From Chlorobiota bacterium (GTDB taxonomy: Bacteria > Bacteroidota > Ignavibacteria > Kapaibacteriales > NICIL-2), in contig JAOAEV010000008.1 in the NCBI GenBank assembly GCA_026416585.1, forward strand, positions 1 to 63,526: a stretch of 63,526 nucleotides of DNA, given 5' to 3'. Shown here one piece after another: positions 10,439 through 20,530 of the stretch. How positions within the stretch are numbered: the first letter of the stretch is position 1; every line of letters begins with the position of its first letter. The notes below the pieces were generated by a model. It did no database searches. It was not told where the DNA came from and worked only from the letters and a program-made list of their open reading frames with translations. Position numbers and translations under genes: made by a program.

Positions 10439-11722
10439 CTAAAGCTGGCACTCCCACATCATCCCACGGTTGAAAGCAAACCGTGGTTTACCTATTAGCT
10501 GCCAACCTATAAAGGGTGTGTTTTTCGACTTGCTGTGGAAACGTTCTGGCTCGACTGTCCACTGTTCATCAATGGCAACAATACTCACCGTTGCCGGACT
10601 GCCAGCGGCCAAGTTTGGCTGTGGCAATCCGAGCACCCTTCGCGGACCTATACTCAAAAGTTCAACAACTCGGCTAAGAGAAAACCTGCGCTTATGATAC
10701 AGCTCAGTAAATGTCAGACCAACTGCTGTTTCCAGTCCAATGACACCATTGGGTGCATGCGAAAACAGTTGCTGTTTTTCTTCTCGTGTGTGTGGTGCGT
10801 GATCCGTCGCAATGGCATCTATCGTTCCGTCGGCAAGTGCTTCGATGATTACCTCAAGATCGGCGCGCGTGCGCAGGGGAGGATTCATTTTGGCATTTGT
10901 GTCGAATCCATCAGCAGCATCCTCGGTCAGCGTGAAATGATGCGGTGTTACTTCAGCACTTACTCGCAATCCCCAGGACTTCGCCAGCCGGACCAAACGA
11001 ACTGCACCGCGTGTACTCAGGTGTGAGACATGATACCGCCGATTACCACAGTATTCCGACAGCAGAATATCGCGGGCAACAATGATATCTTCGGCAACGC
11101 TTGGATAGCCACGCAAACCAAGTTTTGCAGCAATTGCGCCCTCGTTGATGTCGAATCCTTCAGTCATCGAATGCTCCTCACAATGCTGACTCAGCAAGGC
11201 ATCGAATGGTGCAACGTACTCGAATGCGCGACGCATCAGCTCAGCGCTGCGAACGCATGATCCATCGTCGGAAAACATCACTGCTCCAGACTCGACAAGC
11301 TGATGCATCGGCGACAGTAGCTCACCGCGACGGCCGAGGGTAATGGCAGCGCAGATATGTACAGCGACAAGCCCCGTTGCGCGGCGTTGCACGTATTCGA
11401 TAGCCATCGGCGAATCGAGCGGAGGCTCAGTATTTGGCATGCATACGATCTCGGTGAAACCACCGTTGGCTGCTGCTGCAGTCCCTGTTGCAATAGTTTC
11501 CTTATGTGTCTGGCCAGGCTCTCGCAAATGCACGTGCATATCAACGAATCCAGGGGCTGCTATCCACCCATCAGCTCGAACGCGACGCGTACGATCGGAA
11601 ATAGTCTGGGGTGGCTCAGGACTGCTGTGTGCGATATGACCATCGCGAATCCAAAGGTAACCAATTTCGTCGCGACTTTCGAGTGGGCTGATAAGTCGAA
11701 TACGCTCGAACAGAATGTCCAT
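10439..11722 (-). CDS. pyrC: Dihydroorotase
   Basis: DMHVHLREPG, MPNTEP, EVTPHH, KMNPPLR, ATDHAPH, SKSKNTPF. Confidence 0.95.
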   Translation of the reverse strand: MDILFERIRLISPLESRDEIGYLWIRDGHIAHSSPEPPQTISDRTRRVRADGWIAAPGFVDMHVHLREPGQTHKETIATGTAAAANGGFTEIVCMPNTEPPLDSPMAIEYVQRRATGLVAVHICAAITLGRRGELLSPMHQLVESGAVMFSDDGSCVRSAELMRRAFEYVAPFDALLSQHCEEHSMTEGFDINEGAIAAKLGLRGYPSVAEDIIVARDILLSEYCGNRRYHVSHLSTRGAVRLVRLAKSWGLRVSAEVTPHHFTLTEDAADGFDTNAKMNPPLRTRADLEVIIEALADGTIDAIATDHAPHTREEKQQLFSHAPNGVIGLETAVGLTFTELYHKRRFSLSRVVELLSIGPRRVLGLPQPNLAAGSPATVSIVAIDEQWTVEPERFHSKSKNTPFIGWQLIGKPRFAFNRGMMWECQL

Positions 11723-11749
11723 AGAGGTCGGCTGGTCAGAGACAACGTT

Positions 11750-11757
11750 GCAAATTA
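11750..11757 (-). promoter_or_regulatory. -7 promoter element upstream of pyrC
   Basis: TAATTTGC (TAnnTTGC variant), overlapping the rnhB stop codon. Confidence 0.45.
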
Positions 11758-12387
11758 CAGCAGCCGCTCACGACGAGCACTTCGCTCGCGCCATTTGCGG
11801 AGGAATACACGGCGATGGATCGCCGTTGGTCCCCATTTGTCAAGTGCATGAAAATGTTCTGCAGTCGGATAACCCTTGTGCCGTTGAAAACCATACTGTG
11901 GATAGACCGCTGCAAAGTCAAGCATGATGCGATCTCGCGTAACTTTTGCAATAATCGAGGCAGCACCGATTGACGCAGAACGACGGTCACCGCCAATGAC
12001 TGCCGATGCCATTCTTTGAAGCGCTGGTGGGACTTTAGGTCCATCCACAAGGACATGCACAACCGGACACCGAAGCGACTCGACTGCTTGCGCCATCGCC
12101 CACATTGTTGCCCCGAGAATGTTCCGCTCCTCAATAACTGCGACATCAGCAATCGAGACGCTCCATGCAAGAGCAGATTGGGTGATCGCACTATACAGCT
12201 GCTCCCGAATCGTTGGTGAAAGCTGCTTGGAATCTTCAATCGCTCTGCAGAGCTCATGGTGATTCGGATTCAACACAACAGCAGCTACGACAACAGGACC
12301 TGCTAAACACCCCCGCCCAGCTTCATCAACACCAGCGACAAGCTGCCCACATGACCAAAAAGGATGTTCCAGCTCTGTTGCAGCCAT
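11755..12387 (-). CDS. rnhB: Ribonuclease HII
   Basis: GVDEAGRGCLAGPV, DSKQL, AASIIAKVTRD, HKGYPT; start moved to ATG 12387. Confidence 0.95.
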   Translation of the reverse strand: MAATELEHPFWSCGQLVAGVDEAGRGCLAGPVVVAAVVLNPNHHELCRAIEDSKQLSPTIREQLYSAITQSALAWSVSIADVAVIEERNILGATMWAMAQAVESLRCPVVHVLVDGPKVPPALQRMASAVIGGDRRSASIGAASIIAKVTRDRIMLDFAAVYPQYGFQRHKGYPTAEHFHALDKWGPTAIHRRVFLRKWRERSARRERLL

Positions 12388-12388
12388 G

Positions 12389-13063
12389 TTATGGACTCGC
12401 CAATCGCAGGAACTCAGTGCGGAGGTTCGCATCGCTCTGCAACTGACCTCGCAGCACGGACGTAATCATATCACTCTGCTCGTGATCGGCCTCGACACCC
12501 CGCGCGATCATACAGTAATGTTTTGCTTGAATGATGACACCAAGTGCTCGCGGCTTAAGAAGCTGTTCGAGATAGTCGGCAATCTGTTCGCCCATTTCCT
12601 CCTGAATTTGCCCGCGGCGCGAAAACCATTCGACAATCCGTGTCAGTTTACTCAGCCCGATGATGTAATCGCCTGGCATGTATCCGATCGTGCACGTGCC
12701 GCTAATCGGCTGCCAATGGTGTGAGCACACAGACATGACTTTGATACCCGTGCTGACGATAAGTTCATTGACACGCTTACGATTGGGAAAGATTGTCACT
12801 GCTGGTGGTGGTGTATATCTCCCAATGAATAACTCTCGAACCCACATGCGCGCCAGTCGTCGCGGAGTTTCTCGACTGTTTGGATCGCCAGCACGGTCAA
12901 TACGGAGGATGTCCATTATTTCCCCAAATTTTGCCTGGAGTTTTGCGACCATCTCGTCAAGCTCATCATCATCGAGTGGCATGTTGCCATTGGCATCGAA
13001 TGCAAGGGGTCGCTTCTCCGTTACCATTATGCTACCGTTACCGTTTGTGTGTTCAGGCGTCAT
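12389..13063 (-). CDS. folE: GTP cyclohydrolase I
   Basis: TPRRLARMW, SVCSHHWQP, GLSKLTRIV, QIQEEM, HYCMIARG. Confidence 0.92.
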   Translation of the reverse strand: MTPEHTNGNGSIMVTEKRPLAFDANGNMPLDDDELDEMVAKLQAKFGEIMDILRIDRAGDPNSRETPRRLARMWVRELFIGRYTPPPAVTIFPNRKRVNELIVSTGIKVMSVCSHHWQPISGTCTIGYMPGDYIIGLSKLTRIVEWFSRRGQIQEEMGEQIADYLEQLLKPRALGVIIQAKHYCMIARGVEADHEQSDMITSVLRGQLQSDANLRTEFLRLASP

Positions 13064-13515
13064 TATACATCCTCGAATTGTTCGACATTGTAGCGTGGGA
13101 CTTCCATCAATTCACCGCGATATTCGACGAAGTTGTTTTCCGATTCGTACACCGCAACTGAATGCAACGTCCCTGACGGAATTTTCGTTTCCAGGATGCG
13201 CCAGAATGCCCATGCCAAATTTTCTGCTGTTGGGATAATACCGCGCAGAAAATCTACGTCTTCGTTCAGGTGTTTGTGATCGACCTTTGAGATAATGTGC
13301 TCTTCGATAATGTCACGCAGACGCTTGAGATCAATGACATACCCCGTCATCGGATCGGGCACACCTCGCACCGTAACTTCGAGTACGTAATTATGCCCAT
13401 GCCCACGCGGGTTATTGCATTTGTCAAAGATGCGCTCGTTTTCCTCATCGCTGAGCAGTGGATTGTACAATCGGTGTGATGCCGAGAACGTCGCTCGGCG
13501 CGTTACGTACACCAT
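13063..13515 (-). CDS. 6-pyruvoyl-tetrahydropterin synthase family protein (COG0720; PTPS-II-type motif)
   Basis: FSASHRL, CNNPRGHGHNY, DHKHLN, PTAEN; start moved to ATG 13515. Confidence 0.88.
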   Translation of the reverse strand: MVYVTRRATFSASHRLYNPLLSDEENERIFDKCNNPRGHGHNYVLEVTVRGVPDPMTGYVIDLKRLRDIIEEHIISKVDHKHLNEDVDFLRGIIPTAENLAWAFWRILETKIPSGTLHSVAVYESENNFVEYRGELMEVPRYNVEQFEDV

Positions 13516-13547
13516 AATACTCCGAACATTGTTTGGAATAGCTGAAT

Positions 13548-13555
13548 GCAAACTA
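13548..13555 (-). promoter_or_regulatory. -7 promoter element for PTPS-folE-rnhB
   Basis: TAGTTTGC on the minus strand. Confidence 0.45.
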
Positions 13556-13566
13556 CGCAGCAAAAC

Positions 13567-14337
13567 ATGATACAGCGAGTGGTAGTTCCTTTTCTTCTTG
13601 TTGCTATGTTCGGGGGATGCCGCACTGTCATCCCACCGCAGCGAACCGAGACCACACCATCTGACACTGTTGCTGTTCGGATGCCACCTGTCCATCGGCC
13701 AGCACGCACGGCATTTTGTCCGTACTGCATGCTCAGCGGAACAGTCGAGGTAAAGTCACCCCAACTGAGTGCAGATGGCACATTCAAACTACTGCTTTCC
13801 GGTCGTGATTCTTTGCAAGCAACGTTGTACGGGCCACTCGGCATCGTTGCAGCACGGACCTACTGCACTCGCAACGAAATGATCGTTTTCGATGCTCTTG
13901 CGATGGAAGCATATCAGGTGCAGATCCCGTTTCGCTCTCTGCTTGCTCTACCGATTCAGCGGGAAGACCTCTTTGCTGTGCTGCGTTGCGAGTTGCCATA
14001 TCCCGATTCGACCTACCTGGCAATGGAGCGGCGCCCCGATGGCACAACAATACTGTTACGGCGCGATTCAACATTTGCCGATGTAGCAGTCGTTGATTCC
14101 GAGGGTCAGTTGCGCGCGTACCAACGCAAATCCCTCGATAATCGTTTGCTCCTTGCTGTCGAGTATAGCACATATCGAACGTGGAATGTGATTCGCTATC
14201 CGGAACGCATTCGTGTTACAGCACCATTACAAAATGTAGAAGTGGTCATTGCCCCCGATACAATTGCTGATGAGCCAATCCGTGTACCGTTCCGCTTTCG
14301 ATTGCCTTCGAATGTGCGACCGAAGACCATCGAGTAA
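13567..14337 (+). CDS. DUF4292 / LolB-like outer membrane lipoprotein
   Basis: Lipobox FGGC; LQATLYGPLG, LPI...DL, YPERIRV resemble the LolB/DUF4292 fold; precedes lptD. Confidence 0.65.
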   Translation: MIQRVVVPFLLVAMFGGCRTVIPPQRTETTPSDTVAVRMPPVHRPARTAFCPYCMLSGTVEVKSPQLSADGTFKLLLSGRDSLQATLYGPLGIVAARTYCTRNEMIVFDALAMEAYQVQIPFRSLLALPIQREDLFAVLRCELPYPDSTYLAMERRPDGTTILLRRDSTFADVAVVDSEGQLRAYQRKSLDNRLLLAVEYSTYRTWNVIRYPERIRVTAPLQNVEVVIAPDTIADEPIRVPFRFRLPSNVRPKTIE

Positions 14338-14343
14338 GTCTCC

Positions 14344-16887
14344 GTGCGTATCCTGGCAGTAATCGTCGTTGCAATCGCATTCGCCTGTGCGCAGCAATCC
14401 GACACGCTTCGGATCGCTGCCGATACGCTTGCCCGTCGGTCGGCAACCGATAGTATTGTCGTGGCAACAGCACGCGATTCTGCCGTCTTCGATCCAACAG
14501 CACGCAGATTGCACCTCTACGGCAATGCTCATATCCATCACAAGCAGCAATCTCTCGACGCCGCAGCAATCGAGTTGGACTTTATCTCAAAGTCACTTCG
14601 AGCATCGTGGATGCTTGACTCACTCGGCAAACGGCGTGGCTATCCGATATTGACCGACGGCGATAAACGCTATGCTGGCGAGCACATGACGTACAATTTC
14701 TCCAGCGGTACTGGTACCGTCATACTCGGAGAGACCACTATCGAAAGCGGCTACTACTTTGGCTCGGCAATCCACAAGGCTGACAGTACAACACTCTACG
14801 TTGCCGACGGTTGCTATACGACATGCGACGCTCCTCACCCCCACTTCTACTTCCGATCGCCCCGCATGAAAGTGTTGCCCGGCGATCGCGTGTTTTTGCA
14901 AGACATCGAAGTTATTGTCGAGGACATACCGGTTTTCTACCTTCCCCTTGGTATGGTTTTTCCCAATCGCGGTGGACGTCAATCAGGGTTCTTGACACCA
15001 CAGCCGGCATTTTCTGCACAACGCGGTGTCATGCTCTCTAACCTTGGTTACTACTGGGCAGCAAGCGACTACATCGGGCTTCTGGTCGCGGGGACCTACT
15101 TTTCCAAAGGCGGATATGAACTCAATGCAACGATGGATTATGCACTTCGGTACACATTCACCGGGCAAGCTGCTATATCGCTGGCAAACGTCCGACTCAG
15201 CCCACTGGAACCTTACTCACGACAATACCGGATTCGGCTCAACCACCAGCACACAATGTCACCGGTAACAACGTTTGCAGCTAATCTCGATTTTCTCTCA
15301 CAAGGGTATATCGCAAATACCCAGTTTGCTCTCAATCAACGCATCTTAGGAAACGTTACTTCGAGTGCGGGCATCTCTCACACCTTCGAAAGTGGCATTG
15401 GTGTATCACTTAACTATCTGCGCAATCAAAGCATCACGACTGGTTCCAATGATAATCGCACAACACTATCGCTAACAGTACCATCACTGATGCCACTTCG
15501 AACGGTTCTGCCGACGTCGAATTGGCTTTCGACATTGACTGTGAGCTATTCAGCAAATGCGACTGCGACCATCGCACGCGATATCAGTACTGCACCAACG
15601 CCCTACGATTCGACACGATGGATTGGGATCGTTCAACATGCGCCGAGCATCACGATTAACCCGCGATTAGGATATTTCGCGATCACTCCCTCGCTGTCGC
15701 TGCGGTTCAACACCTACCCACGACGCATCGTCCGAACGTGGAGCAATGCCATCGGTCGCCCGATTGATCACATCGAGTACGGCGTGTTCAACGAGTACGC
15801 AGTGAGCACTGCGATTTCGGCACGAACCACACTCTATGGAACGCCTCTGTTTTTGACAAAAAACTTCGCCGTGCGCCATACAATCGTGCCCAATGTATCG
15901 CTACGCTTCACACCTGATCTGAGCGCGCCAAAGTATGGCTTCTATGCTTGGTACACGATACCTGCTGACTCACTCCGTCCCGAGCAGCGTGTGCAGTACT
16001 CGCGTTTTGCGCTCGATGGTGGCGGCATCGCTTCACGTGGGCGTGCTCTGGCTCTCGACTACGCATTCGACAATGCCTTTGATGGGAAACTTTTCGGCGA
16101 TACTACATCTCGTAAAATCGAGCTATTTCGCTTTTCAGTCAGTGGTTCGTACAACTTTGTTGCCGATTCGTTTCGTCTCAGCGATCAAAACTGGACGTTT
16201 CGCTTCCCTACCATTGCAAACCTGGCCTTGTCATCGTCAATGCGTACAACACTCTATGACGAAGAGCCAACCTATGATAACACCGGTCGCATCATCGGCT
16301 ATCGGCAAGTTTCCCGTTTCCGTGCAGAGCGATTAGGTATCACTAGTGCAGTGCGAATCACCTCTTTTTCCCTGAATTTTTCTACCTCATTCGATCAGAG
16401 CGGTATTTTACCAACAACCACTACTCATCAGCCAACTCAACCTGCTCCTGATACCACTGCCGAACAGCTTGGGGAGCGCTTCCGAGCACGACGCGACAGC
16501 GACGAAACACCTGCCGATATCTGGGGACAACATTCACCGGGATGGACACCACCTCGACTTCCGTGGAGCGTCACACTCAATGCCTCATATTTCTACTCTC
16601 GTCCATTTGAGGCAATGCCGGCAACGGAACAGTTCAACATGTCAGCCTCGATGAATCTGCAACTGACGCGAACCTGGAATGCTTCAGGTGGATTTGCCTA
16701 CGATATTCTGAGCGGAGCACTCAGCGGTATCAACATCCGCATCACCAAACAACTCCACTGCTGGGCACTGAGTTTTGTGTGGTATCCTGTCGGTATCAAC
16801 AGTGGTTTTTACTTAGTCCTCAATCCGATTGCGAGCGTTCTGCGCGACCTCCGAATCGAAAAAAGGAGCACCCCGGTCTTTCAGTGA
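14344..16887 (+). CDS. lptD: LPS assembly outer membrane protein LptD-like
   Basis: Signal peptide, OstA-like N-terminus (LYGNA), YTTCDAPHPHFYF, RQSGFLTP, C-terminal LHCW beta-barrel end. Confidence 0.85.
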   Translation: MRILAVIVVAIAFACAQQSDTLRIAADTLARRSATDSIVVATARDSAVFDPTARRLHLYGNAHIHHKQQSLDAAAIELDFISKSLRASWMLDSLGKRRGYPILTDGDKRYAGEHMTYNFSSGTGTVILGETTIESGYYFGSAIHKADSTTLYVADGCYTTCDAPHPHFYFRSPRMKVLPGDRVFLQDIEVIVEDIPVFYLPLGMVFPNRGGRQSGFLTPQPAFSAQRGVMLSNLGYYWAASDYIGLLVAGTYFSKGGYELNATMDYALRYTFTGQAAISLANVRLSPLEPYSRQYRIRLNHQHTMSPVTTFAANLDFLSQGYIANTQFALNQRILGNVTSSAGISHTFESGIGVSLNYLRNQSITTGSNDNRTTLSLTVPSLMPLRTVLPTSNWLSTLTVSYSANATATIARDISTAPTPYDSTRWIGIVQHAPSITINPRLGYFAITPSLSLRFNTYPRRIVRTWSNAIGRPIDHIEYGVFNEYAVSTAISARTTLYGTPLFLTKNFAVRHTIVPNVSLRFTPDLSAPKYGFYAWYTIPADSLRPEQRVQYSRFALDGGGIASRGRALALDYAFDNAFDGKLFGDTTSRKIELFRFSVSGSYNFVADSFRLSDQNWTFRFPTIANLALSSSMRTTLYDEEPTYDNTGRIIGYRQVSRFRAERLGITSAVRITSFSLNFSTSFDQSGILPTTTTHQPTQPAPDTTAEQLGERFRARRDSDETPADIWGQHSPGWTPPRLPWSVTLNASYFYSRPFEAMPATEQFNMSASMNLQLTRTWNASGGFAYDILSGALSGINIRITKQLHCWALSFVWYPVGINSGFYLVLNPIASVLRDLRIEKRSTPVFQ

Positions 16888-16915
16888 ACAGCAATAAGCG
16901 CCGACTGCCAATCCC

Positions 16916-16923
16916 TAATTTTG
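16916..16923 (+). promoter_or_regulatory. -7 promoter element upstream of glmS
   Basis: TAATTTTG 27 nt before ATG 16951. Confidence 0.55.
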
Positions 16924-16950
16924 AAACATATTATTGAGCGTAGTTGTCGC

Positions 16951-18783
16951 ATGTGTGGCATTGTCGGTTACATCGGGCACCGGGAAGCGCTTCCGATCGT
17001 GCTCGAAGGATTGCGCAACTTGGAATATCGCGGGTATGATTCCGCAGGTATTGCTATTTGCGATGGAGCACGTATTCGGATTCGGAAGCGCGCCGGGAAA
17101 GTCGCGCAGTTGGCTGCCGACATCGAAGGCGAGGAATTTCCGGGTACCCTGGGTATTGGTCATACACGATGGGCGACACACGGCGAACCAACCGATATCA
17201 ATGCACATCCGCACACCGACGCCAGCGGACGCATCGTACTGATCCACAACGGTATCATCGAGAATTATGCCGTTCTCAAAACTCGGTTGGAACGCAAAGG
17301 GTACTCGTTTCGCTCGGAAACAGACACCGAAGTCCTCGCAGTATTCATCGGAATGCTCTACGAGCGGCTCGGCGATTTCGAACTTGCCGTTCGTACAGCG
17401 TTACAGGAAGTGGAGGGTACCTTTGGTTTAGCGATCCTTTCCAAGGATGACCCGGACTGCTTGATTGCTGCACGGCGCGGTTCCCCAATCGTTCTCGGCA
17501 TCGGCGACAGCGAATACATTGTTGCTTCCGATGCCTCCGCAATTGTAGCTCATACACGACGGGTGGTATATCTGCGCGATGATGAGCTGGCTATTCTTCG
17601 CCGGGATGGTTATGTGACAAAGACAATCGGCGACGAATTCATCGCACCCGAAATTCACGAGCTCGATTTTGAACTAGAGCAAATCCAGCGTGGAAATTTT
17701 CCACACTTCATGCTCAAGGAAATTTTCGAGCAGCCGGTTACGTTTCGAGATTCAATCCGCGGTCGACTCCTTGTCGAGCAAGGAAACGCAAAGCTGGGTG
17801 GGTTAACTACAGTTGCCGACAAACTCCGTGTGGCCCGACGAATCATCCTTACTGGTTGCGGTACCTCGTGGCATTCTGCACTGGTCGGTGAGTACGTCAT
17901 CGAGCAACTTGCACGGATCCCGGTCGAAGTTGAATACGCCTCGGAACTACGCTACCGTAATCCTGTGATTTACCCCGACGACATCGTTATTGGTATTTCG
18001 CAGTCAGGAGAAACAATAGACACCCTTGCAGCACTCCGCGAAGCCAGACTCAAGGGTGCAACGATTCTCGGGATCGTCAATGTGGTCGGCTCGACAATCG
18101 CTCGAGAGACTGATGCGGGAGTGTACCTGCACGCCGGGCCCGAAATTGGCGTTGCTTCGACGAAAGCGTTCACATCACAGCTTGCCGTCTTGGCACTACT
18201 CGGACTCTATCTGGGGCGACAACGAGACCTCTCGGCATCCGAGGGACAGCACCTGGCAAAAGAGCTGAACACAATACCTGAGCATATCACAACAATACTC
18301 GACAGCGCACCTACAATCGAGTACATCGCGCACCAGTACGCACATTGTACCAATGCGCTCTACTTAGGGCGTGGTGTTAACTATCCAGTCGCGCTTGAGG
18401 GTGCACTTAAGTTGAAAGAAATCTCCTACGTCCATGCTGAAGGGTATCCCGCCGCGGAAATGAAACACGGTCCGATTGCGCTCATTGACGAAAACATGCC
18501 TGTTGTCTTTATCGCCACGTGCGACGACATCTACGACAAAGTTATTTCGAATATCCAAGAAGTCCGAGCCCGGCGTGGACGCATTATTGCGATCGCAACT
18601 GAAGGTGATCAACGTGTCGCGGAACTTGCCGACCATGTCATTTTCGTGCCACCGACGCACTCATTACTAACGCCAATTCTAACAACTATTCCGCTACAGC
18701 TTTTGGCGTATTACATCGCTGTAGCGCGCGGGTGCGATGTGGACAAGCCACGAAACCTGGCAAAATCTGTCACCGTTGAGTAG
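16951..18783 (+). CDS. glmS: Glutamine--fructose-6-phosphate aminotransferase
   Basis: MCGIVG N-terminal nucleophile, EYRGYDSAG, GHTRWATHG, PRNLAKSVTVE. Confidence 0.98.
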   Translation: MCGIVGYIGHREALPIVLEGLRNLEYRGYDSAGIAICDGARIRIRKRAGKVAQLAADIEGEEFPGTLGIGHTRWATHGEPTDINAHPHTDASGRIVLIHNGIIENYAVLKTRLERKGYSFRSETDTEVLAVFIGMLYERLGDFELAVRTALQEVEGTFGLAILSKDDPDCLIAARRGSPIVLGIGDSEYIVASDASAIVAHTRRVVYLRDDELAILRRDGYVTKTIGDEFIAPEIHELDFELEQIQRGNFPHFMLKEIFEQPVTFRDSIRGRLLVEQGNAKLGGLTTVADKLRVARRIILTGCGTSWHSALVGEYVIEQLARIPVEVEYASELRYRNPVIYPDDIVIGISQSGETIDTLAALREARLKGATILGIVNVVGSTIARETDAGVYLHAGPEIGVASTKAFTSQLAVLALLGLYLGRQRDLSASEGQHLAKELNTIPEHITTILDSAPTIEYIAHQYAHCTNALYLGRGVNYPVALEGALKLKEISYVHAEGYPAAEMKHGPIALIDENMPVVFIATCDDIYDKVISNIQEVRARRGRIIAIATEGDQRVAELADHVIFVPPTHSLLTPILTTIPLQLLAYYIAVARGCDVDKPRNLAKSVTVE

Positions 18784-18788
18784 CACCA

Positions 18789-20009
18789 ATGCACTGGGAA
18801 TCGCTCGGTGGCATTGCTCTCTGCATCTTGTTAGCCCGACTCCTTGCTCAACGCGGCAGCCGTTTCCCGTGGCGTGTGGTCGCATGGGGTCTTGGCTTGC
18901 AGCTTGTGCTTGGTCTGTGGTTGCTGAAAAGCCCGTGGGGAATTGCGATGTTCCAGCAAGTTAGCCAAGTAGTCACTGGTTTCTTGGGATTTGCCAATCG
19001 TGGTGCTGAATTTCTCTTTGGCAACCTTGTCAAAGCAGAGTACCGCAGCACTTTCGGCATGCAGGTTGCACTCATCATTGCACCGACGATCATCTTTTTT
19101 TCGTCAGTCATCGGAATTCTCTACCATCTGGGAATCATTCAGCGCGTGGTGTATGCTGTTGCATGGGTAATGTCTCGCACAATGGGAACATCGGGACCGG
19201 AATCACTATCGGCAGCAGCAAATATTTTTCTTGGGCAGACTGAAGCACCAATTCTGGTACGGCATTACTTAAGTTCAGCGACAGTGTCATAAATTCACGC
19301 AATCATGGTCGGCGGTTTTGCAACGATTGCAGGCTCGGTGCTCGGAGCATATGTCCAGCTTGGCATATCAGCCCAAGCGCTGATTACAGCCTCGCTCCTA
19401 TCGGCACCGGGCGGATTGATGCTAGCCAAAATCGCTCTGCCCGCAACTGGTGGCGAACACTCAATTGAATCCTATCACAGCATTCGCACGACATCTTCAC
19501 TTTTGGACGCAGCAACCAGTGGGGCACGGGATGGGCTATCGCTTGCGCTCAACGTCATTGCAATGCTACTGGCATTCATCGCACTGATGGCGATGCTCGA
19601 TGCGGCATTTGCATGGCTCCACTCTTGGATACCATGGATGCCAGCATCACTGCGCCAACTATTGGGATGGTTGTTTTTGCCGCTGGCATACCTACTTGGT
19701 GTTTCGAGTAGCGATGCAGCGAGTGTTGCACAACTTCTCGGTACAAAAATTATTGCTAACGAGTTTGTGGCATACACCGATTTATCCGAGATGATTCGGC
19801 TGCAGACGATCTCGCCACACGGTGCGATGATTGCGACCTATGCGTTGTGTGGCTTTGCAAACATTAGCTCGATTGCGATTCAAATCGGTGGAATCGGCTC
19901 ACTTGTACCGGAGCGACGCAGCGAGATCGTTCAGCTTGGCTGGCGTGCAATGGCGGTCGGTGCGTTGACCAATATGCTGAATGCCTCTATTGCCTCGCTA
20001 CTGAGTTAG
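18789..20009 (+). pseudogene. nupC: Concentrative nucleoside transporter (NupC/CNT family) interrupted by an in-frame TAA at 19290-19292
   Basis: NIFLGQTEAP, then S-*-IHAIMVGGFATIAGSV, NEFVAY, YALCGFANISS; both halves in one frame; could be a sequence error. Confidence 0.8.
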
Positions 20010-20530
20010 TCGGGTTTCTCCAGCGGTGGTTGAAGTCTCCGGTCACGACGAATACCTGGACGCCCATCAGGCCCATCACGCTGAAGCAGTGCACGCTGTA
20101 GCGATTCCATAAAACGCACTTCGAACACGACGAGCTTAGCATACTGCTGGGGCGTCAGAAGGTGGCGCACTGCATTCAAGCGTTCGGTAATCGCCTGTGC
20201 AAATTGCTGCATCCTCTTAACAACCTGCTCGCTTTTTCCGTTAAGCTCAGAGTCCGACACTTTTGCTTTTACAGCTGCTTCGAGTTCATCAACAGCATCG
20301 TGTAATTCTTTTCGTGCCTGGTCAATTTTTTTCTGTCCTTCATTGTAGCGAACAAAAAATTTTTCGGCTGTTTGCTCATCAAGATCGAGCGTCTCGATAA
20401 GCTTGAGCTTTTTGAATTGTGCCAAACGCTTATGTCCTTGTTCTGCAGCAGGCGGCTGCGCAACAAGCGAGACCGTCGCGATTGCAATCAATACTGCCAT
20501 CCAATAATGACCCTTACTGGTACGAAACAT
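20006..20530 (-). CDS. Periplasmic Spy/CpxP-like helical protein
   Basis: Signal peptide, LDLDEQTAEKF, LLTPQQYAKL (LTxxQ motif); third gene of the ECF/anti-sigma unit. Confidence 0.7.
   Translation of the reverse strand: MFRTSKGHYWMAVLIAIATVSLVAQPPAAEQGHKRLAQFKKLKLIETLDLDEQTAEKFFVRYNEGQKKIDQARKELHDAVDELEAAVKAKVSDSELNGKSEQVVKRMQQFAQAITERLNAVRHLLTPQQYAKLVVFEVRFMESLQRALLQRDGPDGRPGIRRDRRLQPPLEKPD

Noticed and set aside
16888-16950. Possible glmS ribozyme upstream of glmS
   Set aside because: The gap is only 63 bp and holds the promoter element; too short, with no ribozyme core visible
19290-19292. Stop-codon recoding (Sec/Pyl or an alternative genetic code) in nupC
   Set aside because: The codon is TAA, which terminates many other genes here, and the expected residue is Glu, one substitution away
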